From: Nitrosopumilus sp.
Lineage (GTDB): Archaea > Thermoproteota > Nitrososphaeria > Nitrososphaerales > Nitrosopumilaceae
Reading direction: 5' to 3'
DNA: 64,000 nucleotides
Assembly (NCBI GenBank): GCA_965218785.1
Contig: OZ244650.1
Span: 604,110-668,109 of the forward strand
Made by a program: the position numbers and the translations under genes. The notes below the pieces were generated by a model. That model was not told the DNA's origin, did not search any database, and worked only from the letters and a program-made list of their open reading frames with translations. Below are positions 38,521 to 50,500 of this stretch, piece by piece (the stretch's first letter is position 1; each line of letters opens with the position of its first letter).

Positions 38521-41500
38521 ATGACGATTCTACCTATTGGCCTGCTTGCAATACTTTTTGCATTCTCTGCAGGACTGGTACTATCTGATGCGAATGCCCA
38601 GACTGCTGTCCTGTCTGAAATAGACTCATTTGCCCTTCCAGATAACGGATACCGGCACAACCTGATACATCTTAGCGACGAATTTTACGTCTCCTCACAC
38701 ACTGCAATTCATACTTCTGCAACAGATGAGAATGCTTTATCATCTGTAGTCTACCTCAGACTATACACCATAATTAATGGGGAGATCAATCTGATTCGCG
38801 ACCTTGCAGTAACACCCACTGGAGGTGGTTCCGAGTCCACAGTCCGTTCAGAAACAGAGAACCCAAATTCTACTGGTCTTGCACGCGTAGATGTTGATAG
38901 ACTTGCATTGTCATATACCTCTAGTGGAACAAATATTATTCGAACATATAATGTTACAATTTCTAGTCCTAATCCTGACTTTGTACGGGATAAGCAACGT
39001 GTCTTTCAATCCGTAGGAGATGCAAATAATCACTCTCTGGTAGCACTTGATAAAGAAACGTTGGTACTTTCATATTCGCTGCCTGATGGTAGTCCTGACG
39101 GCTATGTTCAACTTTTCTCTATTCCTCATTCGGGTATTACACTGGATCTTGAGAACACTCTCCGGTATACCGACATACAGGGACGGTATCCATCCTTGGT
39201 AAAACTGGATGATGATAGGGTGGTACTTGCATACAGAACTGTGAGAGCCCAGGTATATATTCAGACCGTTGATATTGTGACCAATGATATGGCCAATGAT
39301 ACACTTAATGCTCGCCTTGCTTTTACGACTATTGATTCCGATGAAAGAACGGCGTACAACTCTCTTATCCGGGTGGATGATAACACCGTGGCCTTGGCAT
39401 ACTCTAGGATTGGTATGAGTACGAACCTGGGCGACGGGGATGGCAGGATCCGCGTCTTTGATGTTGCTGACACAACTGGTGCCATTAGTTCAACTGGTAG
39501 TGGTGCTGTATTTTATGATGACGCTGAAACGGCAGGATCCGAGGAACGCATACACCTCAGCTCGCTGGCACTGCTGGACTCTGATACAATTGCAGTCGCA
39601 TACAGGGGTGAAGGTGGAGCCGGCTTTATCCGATTATATGATATAGCCAGTAATGGTGCTTTGACTGCCAATGGTGAACCATTAGAACACGACTCGGCAA
39701 ACGGTGCGTTCAACTCACTTATCGCGATAGATGATACCACACTGGCACTCGTGTATGGAGGGGATCTTGCTAGGACTGATTTGTCAACGTCCTCTGAAGT
39801 TCCCAACACCATCAAGCTATTTAGTACGGTTTCAGATGTGATGCCGCCAACCATACTTTCTGCCGAGACCACTGATAGTAACACAATCGTGCTTACGGCA
39901 TCAGAACTCCTTGAAGGAATGGCGAATATCGGAGACTTTACCGTTTCTAGCAGTACTCTTTCGGGTCATACTGTTTTTCCCAATACTGTTACTGCTGCTG
40001 AAATATCTGGCAGTACCATAATCCTGACTACAGGCACGGTAATTTCCGGCGGTACTATTACGATTGCAGTGGAATACCGTGGTAACTCCATAACTGATGG
40101 TGTAGGAAACGCACTTGCGAGATTTACCGATCAGTCCGTGAGCAACCGCGAGGTCGGCGTACCAATCATAACTAGCGTATCGGCAACACCTGGTACCTAC
40201 AAAATAGGTGATACCATCGACATCACCGTAACGCTTAACACGTCAGTATTTGTATCAAATTCAAACGGACGACTGGAACTGAATTTTGGCACTATTACTA
40301 GAGAGGTACCCATTTCCTCAAGTGTTACTAATAGTAATACTATTACCTTGCCATTCCCGTATACGGTTGCTACAGGAGATACTTCTGCTAATCTAAATTA
40401 TGTCGATACAAACTCGTTTCTAGGTTCTTCCGGTCACTTTACTGGTCCGGAAGGCCTTCTAAATCTGGCACTTCCTCCAACCACTTCAGCTGATTCGCTT
40501 GGCGGCTCTAATATAATAGTGACTGGTATTGCACCAATCATATCCACTGCTGTAACCACTGGTAGCACCACAATCGTACTTACGGCATCAGAGGCCCTTA
40601 CAGGAACTATTGCTACCGGAGACTTTACCGTTGATGGCAATACCGTTATGGGTATACCTATACTATCTGATGGCACTACCATAACCATAACTGTGGACAC
40701 GGCAATTATCGGCGGCAATACAGTTACTGTGGATTACGGCGGTACCGCACTAGTTAATGCCGCAGGAAACGCACTTGCAACATTTGACGATCGCCCCGTG
40801 ACAAACAACGAGGCACCAATACCTGTCATAACTGACGTATCGGCAACAGGCGGTCCATACACCGCAGGTAATACCGTCCCCATTACCGTAACATACGACC
40901 TGGCAGTAAGAGTAGTTGGAAACCCAGAACTGTTGCTGGCTACTGGCGACCCTGTTGCTGGCACCCCTAATACACCGGCAGTCTATCATTCCAGTCCTAC
41001 TCCAACTACACTGCTATTCAATTATATGGTTGCTGCAACAGATAATTCTGCTGATCTAAATTATGTCGGTACAGACTCGCTTACACTAAGCGGCAGCGAC
41101 AGCATCCTGTCCACCGCTGATAGCGCAGTTGCCAGTCTGACGCTTCCTGACCCCTCTGTTAACTCCTTTGGGGGATCTAACATAGTAGTGGATAATGTGG
41201 CTCCTTTTCCATCTATAAATCGCGCTGTTCCTACCAATCCCACACTCCCGTTTGATATAGAATACGCTGTCCTGTTTTCAGAGCCTGTAACAGGTCTTAT
41301 GGCATCTGAAATTATGGTAACTGGAACAGCATCCGGTGGTTCCCCTGTAGTATCAGACTTTGTAGGAACCCCCCCTACCGACAGGTACACCTTTAATGTG
41401 GAAATCACCGCTGATGGTACAGTCGAAGTAACGATTCCTGCAGGTGTGGCAATGGATCGGGTAAACATCGGCAATACAGCATTATTAACATCAGTCATCG

Positions 41501-44500
41501 ATACAATTGATACTACGGCACCTTTCTACCGTTCTGCTGTAACCACTGATGCAAACACGATTACAATTACAGTATCAGAACCCCTTGACGAAAGTGTTGA
41601 TGCTGTTGCCTCAGACTTTAGCGTTACATCCAACGGCATTGCCAACGGCCTTACCGCCCTACCTGAAATAAATGACAATATCATAACCCTAAGGGTAGGC
41701 ACGCCAATTCTCGGCGGTCATGCGATTACAGTGCAATATTCTGGTATGAATCTAATTGATGCAGCAGGTAACGCACTTGAGATCTTTACAAGGAATCCGA
41801 CAAACACCTTGGATGTTCCAACAACTCCTGCCGTAACTGGGGTAACTGGACTAGGCGGTTTTTACTTTTCGGGTTTCTCCATTGACATCGAGGTAACATT
41901 TGACGAGGCAGTAACCGTATCTACAGAATCTGGAATCCCGCGAATAATCCTGGATACTGGTGTTACTGGTGGTACAGCAGTCAACTATGTCAGAACCGAG
42001 AGTGGTGGAACTGTCTTGGTATTCGACTATTCAACTGCCCCCGGACACAATTCTGAGAAACTCAACTATGTCAACACGGGCTCCCTCATACTAAACGGCG
42101 GAAGCATAAATGCCGCTGATGATGCTAATCCTGCCGATCTGACACTTCCTGCAGTTGCTTCTACAGCATCACTTGGCAACTCTAACATAGTGGTGGATAC
42201 TGTAATACCCAGTGTAACCATATCCTCTGATAACCTCCTCACAAAATCTCGCAGCATCACATTTACTGCCGAGTTTACAGAGGACGTGACAGGCTTTGTT
42301 GATACTACAAATGATATCGTGGTATCTGGTGCGGCAACAACTGTCACAACAATAACTCCCGTTAACGGCACCCATTACGACTTTGTTGTGGATGCCACCG
42401 CTGATGGCGCAGTCACCGTATCCATCCCCGCAGATGCGGCAATGGATAGGGCAGATAACGGCAATACGGTATCTGACCCATACACCATCACAGTCGATAC
42501 TGTAGCACCCACCGTGACTATATCTACTGATACCGCTAATGGCGGCTCGCAAAACACCAACACAATATCATACAATGTCGACTTTAGCGAGGGAGTCCAC
42601 GACTTTGTCGAAGGTGATATTACCGTAACTGGAACGGCGCCCTTTGGTACACCCGCAATAAGAAACTTTAATGAAGTCGGTCCAGAAGAGTATACGTTTG
42701 ACGTGGTAACCACCGATAATGGTACAGTCCTGGTAACGATTCCCGCAGGTGTGGCAACAGATGATGCGACCAACGGCAACGAGGCATCTGCCACATATAC
42801 TGTCACAGTTGATGATGACATACCCACTGTCACCATAAGCGCTACTGACAGTGCTGGCACTGCTACCGCTAATGGCGGCTCGCAAAACGACAACACAATA
42901 TCATACACTGCCACCTTTAGCAAGCCTGTAACAGGCTTTGAAATAGATGATATCACGATATCTGGATCAGCACCACTTGGTACGCCTGCAGTAACAAACT
43001 TTGATATAACAAACGCACCCGAGTATACGTTTGACGTGGTAACCACCAATGATGGCACAGTCCTTGTATCCATCGCGGAAAATGTGGCAGCAGATACGGC
43101 AGGCAACGGCAACGCGGCATCTGGCGTATATACCGTTACAGTTGATAATGTCGTACCCACCGTGATGCTGGGTTCTACTACTACTGCAGTTGATGGCGGC
43201 TCGCAAAACACCAGCATAGCATCCTACACTGTCATGTTTAGCGAGGATGTCGAGAACTTTGTCGAAGGTGATATCACAGTAACTGGAACGGCATCAGGTG
43301 GTTCCCCTGGAGTATCAAGCTTTGCAGGAATCGGTGCCTCATACACCTTTAACGTGGAGACCAGCGCTGATGGTACAGTCGAAGTAACGATTCCCGCAGG
43401 TGTGGCAGCAGATGCGGCAGGCAACCTCAACACGGAATCCCTCATGCACACTATTACAGTTGATACTACCGTGCCAACTGTGGGGATAACCACTGATACT
43501 GCTAATGGCGGCTCGCAAAACACCAACACAATATCATACACTGCCACCTTTAGCGAGGCAGTCAACAACTTTGTCGTAGATGATATCACAGTAACTGGAA
43601 CGGCATCCGGCGGTTCGCCTACAGCAACAATCTTTGACGGAAGCGGTGCCTCATATACCTTTAACGTGGTAACCAGCGCTGATGGTACAGTCGAGGTAAT
43701 GATTCCCGCAAATGTGGCAACAGATACGGCAAACAACGACAACATGGAATCTGGCACATACACCGTCACAGTTGATACCCTCGCGCCTACCATCATGTCT
43801 GTGGAAACCACTGATAGTACCACGATCGTAATTACCGCATTAGAACCCCTTGCAGAAATTACTCCTACGGGAGTCTTTACCGTTACTGACAACACCGTTA
43901 ATGGCATTCCTACAATATCTGGCAGTACCATAACCATAATCGTTGGCACATCAATAGTGTTTGGAGACACACCTGAAGTAACATATGTTGGCACTGACCT
44001 AACTGATGTCGCCGGAAACGCACTTGAGGCGATTACCGACCGGACTGTAACAAACAACGTGCCAGTCGCTGGCGCGCCAGTTGTAACCGGCGTAGCGGCA
44101 CCGCCCGGTTCATACAAAGAGGGTGATACCATTAATATCACCGTAACATTTAACGAGGCAGTAACCGTATCTACAACATCTGGAACCCCGCAACTGACGC
44201 TGGAGACTGGTGATCCTGATGCGGTAGCTGTCTATACCCTCACCGGCTCTACTGGAACTGCCCTGATATTCGAGTATACGGTTGCTGCAGGAGAGAATTC
44301 TGCTGATCTCAACTATGTGAGTATAAACTCGCTTGACCTAAACGGCGGAACCATAGTTGCTGTAGCTCCCGGCGCTACTCCCGCATCCACGACACTTCCT
44401 GCTATTACCGCCGTTGAGTCACTTGGCGGCAGCTCTGCTGTAATTGTGGATACTATGGCGCCAACTGTAGTCATAACTAACATTCAAACCACTAATATCG

Positions 44501-47500
44501 GCGGCTTTTCCTCCTCCCGCGTCCTTACCTTCATTGCCACCTTTAGCGAGGAAGTCAACAACTTTGTCGTAGGTGATATCACGGTAGGTGGAACGGCTAC
44601 TGTCACAGCAGCAGCTAGCGTTATGCAACAACCTTTCGGAGACCGCTCCATATACACCATTGCTGTGACTGCCCCCGCTGATGGTACAGTCGTTGTATCA
44701 ATTCCCCTAAATGCTGCAGCAGATGATGCAGGCAACGGCAACATGGCATCTGACCCATACACCATCACAGTCGATACTGCAGCACCCACCGTAACCATAA
44801 CCGCAGATGATGTAAATGCTAACGGTTTCACAAACTCTGCTGCCATTACCTATAATGCCAAATTTAACGAGGTCGTGTCAGATTTTGATAACGCAAATGA
44901 TATTACACTAGGTGGTACGGCAACTGCAACTGTCTCAGCACCAACGGCCATTAACGGCACCGACTATACCTTTGTTGTGACTAGCACCGCTGATGCTACC
45001 TCCGCCAATGATGGCACCGTCGTCGTATCCATACCTGTAAATGCGGTATCAGATGCGGCAGGAAACAACAACGCGGCATCTGCCCCATATACTGTCACAA
45101 TCGATACCGTGGTATCCGGCGTGCAAATAACTACTATTACTGATAATGACGGAACACAAAACAGCAACACGATATCATACTCTGCAGTCTTTGGCGAGGC
45201 TGTGACAGGCTTTGATCTGGCAGATATTGACGTATCTGGAACGGCATCCAATAATGCACCTGTAGCATCAAGCTTTTCAGGAAGCGGGCTTTCCTACGCC
45301 TTTGACGTGGTGGTAGCCTCAGGCGATGGCACCGTCATAGTAAGGATTCCAGCAAATGTGGCAGTTGATAGGGCAGGCAACGGTCACACGGCATCTAACA
45401 CATACACAGTCACAGTCGATACTGCCCTACCCACCGTAGAGATAACCGCTGACGGTGTCGCTAATGGCGGCTCGCAAACCACCGACACTGTATCCTATAC
45501 AGCCACCTTTAACGAGGAAGTTGTGAACTTTGTAGTAGCTGATATTGAAGTATCTGGAACGGCATCCTTTGGTACACCTGCAGTAACAGACTTTGATGCA
45601 ACAAACGCGCCCGTGTATACGTTTGACGTGATGACCACCGATGACGGTACAGTCGTCGTATCAATCCCCGAAGGTGCGGCAACAGATGCAGGAACCAACG
45701 GCAACGTGGCATCCGGCGATCACACAGTCACAGTTGATACCAGCATACCCAGCGTAACTGGCGTAGCTGCAACAGGCGGCTCATACATGGCAAGCGACCG
45801 CATTGACATCATCGTAACATTTGACGAGCAAGTAGAGGTAACTGGCGAGCCAACTTTAACTCTGGATACCGGCGCAGTGGTAAGCTTTAATGCTTTCGTT
45901 GACACCAGCCGTCTCACCTTGCAATTTCCATATACCGTTACCGCAGGACAAAATTCTGACGATCTCAACTATGTGGATGTAGACTCACTTGACCTAAGCG
46001 GCGGAAGCATCACAGCATTTGATAACGGCATTCCTGCTAGCCTGTTACTTCCCGCAACCACCCTTGATGACTCACTTGGCGGCTCTGATGTAATAGTGGA
46101 CACTACCGCACCAAGATTCCTGTCTGCTCAGACCACCACTCCAAACACGATTGAAATTATCATATCAGAACCCCTTGATCAAACTATGACTGCAGGAACC
46201 TTTACCGTTGCCACCAATACCGTTTCTGGCACTCCTGTGATATCTGGCAGTACCATAACCATAACTGTTGGCATGGCAATAACGTCCGCAGACACGCTCA
46301 CAGTATCATACACAACTGACACCGGTGGTATAGCTGACATTGCCGGAAACGCACTTGAAACATTTGCTAATCCAGAGACCGTGACAAACAACGTGCCAGA
46401 CGCTACTGCACCAACTGTACTTAGCGTATCGGCACCGCCCGGTACCCACACCACCGGTGCCACAATTGACATCACCGTAGCATTTGATGAGGCAGTGGAT
46501 GTGACTGGCGTCCCGCAACTGACGCTGGATACTGGTGCTGTAGTTGACTATACCTCAGGCACGGGTGGAACTGACCTGCTATTCCAGTATACCGTTGCCG
46601 CAGGAGAGAATTCTGCTGATCTCAACTATGCCAATGTAAACTCACTTGCACTAAACAGCGGAACCATTAATGTCGCTGGTGGCACTACTGCTGTAAATCT
46701 GGTGCTTCCTGCAACCACCGCTGCAACATCACTTGGCGGCAGCTCTGCTGTAATTGTGGATACTACGGCACCAACTGTAACCATATCTAACGATCAAACC
46801 ACTAGTGACGGTGAGACTGCCACCACCCGCACCCTCGACTACACTGTCGAGTTTTCAGAGACTGTGACAGGCTTTGCCATGAATGATATCACAGTATCTG
46901 GGGCGGCAACCGCACCTGATGCTGCACCGGCCGGATCCGATGACACGTACACCTTTACTGTGACTGCCCCAGCCGACGGTACAGTCACCGTATCCATCCC
47001 CGCAGGCGCGGCAGCAGATGAGGCAGGCAACGACAACATTGTATCTGCCGATTATACAGTCATAATTGATGCCACCGCGCCAACCATCATGTCTGCTGCA
47101 ACCAGTGGTAGTACCACGATCGTAATTACCGCATCAGAACCACTTGCAGAAATTACTCCTACGGGAGACTTTACCGTTACTGACAACACCGTTAATGGCA
47201 TTCCTACAATATCTGGCAGTACCATAACCATAATCGTTGGCACATCAATAGTGTTTGGAGACACACCTGAAGTAACATATGTTGGCACTGACCTAACTGA
47301 TGTCGCCGGAAACGCACTTGCAGCGATTACCTCCCAGACTGTAACAAACAACGTGCCAGTCGCTGGCGTGCCAGTTGTAACCGGCGTAGCGGCACCGCCC
47401 GGTACACACAATGCGGGTGATACCATTGATATCACCGTAACATTTAACGAGGCAGTGGATGTGACTGGCACCCCGCAACTGACGCTGGAGACTGGTGATA

Positions 47501-50500
47501 CTGATGCGGTAGCTGACTATACCTCCACCGGCTCGACTGGAACTGCCCTGATATTCGAGTATACGGTTGCTGCAGGAGAGAATTCTGCTGATCTCAACTA
47601 TGTCGGTACAACCTCGCTTGACCTAAACGGCGGAACCATACTTGCTGAAGCTGACAGCGTTACTCCCGCATCCCTGACACTTCCTGCAACTACTGATGCC
47701 ACATCACTTGGCGGCAGCTCTGCAGTAGTTGTGGATGCTGTGGTACCAACTGTAACCATATCTGCCAGTGTCGATAATGACGGCAGCACAAACGACGGCT
47801 CTGTATTTTATACTGCCACCTTTAGCGAGGATGTAACCGGCTTTGATGTCGCAGCTGATATTACAGTATCTGGTACTGCAGCTGCAACCCTCACTACACC
47901 AACCGGTTCTGGCAGCACGTACACCTTTGCTGCAACTACCACTAATGGCGGAACAATCACAGTGTTGATTCCTGCAGATGCGGCAGCTGATACTGCCACC
48001 AACGGCAACACGGCATCTGCCACATACACCGTTACAGTAAACAGTTTATCCCAAATAAACTCACTTGACCTTACACCAGGCGGCTATAGGCACAACCTGG
48101 TACATTTCACCGGTGATTACTATGTCTCATCCCACACTGTAACTAGAGCCAATAGCGATGATGCGGCTCTCTGGAATTTTGACACTGTTCTTAACCTGTA
48201 CAGTATCATTGGCGGGGACATTACGTTGATTGGCAGTCGGACGGTTGAAACCCGAACTCAGGATAAAACCACGACGATTAACGAATTTACAACCCACCCA
48301 AGATCCACCGCTGTTACAGCTGTGGATGATGATACCATCGCAGTTACATATGTGGCCAGCAGTACCAGTCGTCTCAGAACATATGATGTTGATACCGCAT
48401 CTACCACTGCACCGTTTGGCACTTCTGTACTTACCTCCCTAGGAACTTCCGGTACTCTCACGCAGGAGCAGACGCACAACCACTCCCTGGTAACACTTGA
48501 TGCGACCAGGCTGGTAGTGGCATATTCGTATCCTGATGCCTCCACTACCAACTATATCCAGATTATCAATGTTGTTTCCGGTACCGGCGCTTTGACACCT
48601 GAAACTCCTGTGGAAATCACCGACACACTGGGACAGTACTCATCCCTGGTAAGACTCGATGGTAATACCGTGGTAGTTGCATACAGGGCTGATGCTAACG
48701 AATATGGATACCTGCGGGCATATAATATTTCAGCCGATAACACCATTGCTCCCGGAGATGCTGTTCAGATCGAGGGTTCCAGAATCGCGCACACCTCCCT
48801 TATCCGGGTGGATGATGATACGGTAGCTGTTGCATACTCTGCGCTTGGTCTTGATACATCCACGACTGACGGACAGGCAAACCTCAAGGTCTATAATGTT
48901 GACACAAATGCCGCCATTACCGGAGGTACCGGGGTTGCCAGTTCTGTATATTATGATGATGCCGTGGCAGATGTCACATTTGAAGAACATGCACATCTCA
49001 ACTCGCTGGCACTGCTAAATACTGATACGCTGGCAGTTGCATACAGGGGCGATGGCCCCGCAGGCAATGTTCGATTATACGACATAGACCTCTCAACAAA
49101 CGGCCTGACTGCCCGTGGCGAAGCATTCGTACATGACACGGTAAACGGTGCATTCAACTCGCTTGTCAGCATAAATGATGAAACACTGGCACTTGTATAC
49201 GGAGGGGATCTTCCATCTGTAATAGCAAACACTGACACTCCAAACACCATCAAGACACTTGCGGTTTTAGGTCCTGATACGACTGTACCAACCATCGTAG
49301 CTGCTGTAACTAGTGATGCGAATACGATCGTACTTACTGCATCCGAATTCCTTGCAAGAACTGCGGCTACCCCGGTCTTTACCGTACCTGGCAATGCAGT
49401 TACTGGTACTGTAATACTTGGAACTACCGTAACCATAACTGTGGATACCCAGATATCGCTCGGGGACACACCCACGATAAATTACGCAGTTGGTGGTGCC
49501 ATAACTGATGCTGCAGGAAACGCACTTGCGGCATTTGCTGCCCTGCCTGTGACAAACAACGTAGATGATGCCACCCGCCCAACTGCAATCATAACTAACG
49601 CTGATATCGCTGATGGCGACACCACACTTACTGACACCACCGCATCCTACACTGTCACCTTCAACGAGCCTGTGCCAGGCTTTGATGTGGCAGATATCAT
49701 AATATCCGGAACGGCATCAGGTGGTGCACCGGTACCATCAAACTTTGAAACTGCTACGGCAGACATCTCATACACCTTTGATGTGGTGACTACATCTGAT
49801 GGTACGGTAATAGTATCCGTACCTGAAAATGTGGCAGCAGATCCTGCAGGTAACCAAAACACGGCATCTAACACATATACCATCACAGTTGATGCGGAAG
49901 TACCTGAGATAGTATCTGCAAGGCTCTCCACTGATACAATCACCATAATCTACAGCAAACTAGTAACTACGGATGCCTCCCATTATGATGACGTAATGTC
50001 ACCTGCTGGCACGCCCCATACAATAGATTCGTTTATTGATGCCACTCCCGATGATGCCAATTACACTGTCATATCACTCATCCTCTCAACTACCCCAGCC
50101 GGAACCACTGCCACAATCGACATAGCTGGTCCAACAAAGACATCAGACTCTACATCGGCGCTCTCACCACTAGAAGACTATCCGGTAACAGCAGAAGTCA
50201 ACGTCGTACTTGACGCTACTGATAACCGCATCGCAGTAACTGATTTTGATTCCACCCTTGCCACAGTCAGATATCCAAGTACAGTCGATGCCACGCTGGA
50301 TTATTCATCACTGATAGACGGCGAATCAGTGACTCCAACTGCTACGACAAACACCGAGATTGTAGTAACTGCGACAGGTATACGTGGAGGGGACATACAG
50401 GTGACAATCCCTGCCACCACCACCTTTAGCTCTTCTACCTTTGATGGAATACTGATTCTGCCAACTGACTCTGGATCCGGCTGTGATTCCACTGCAATAA

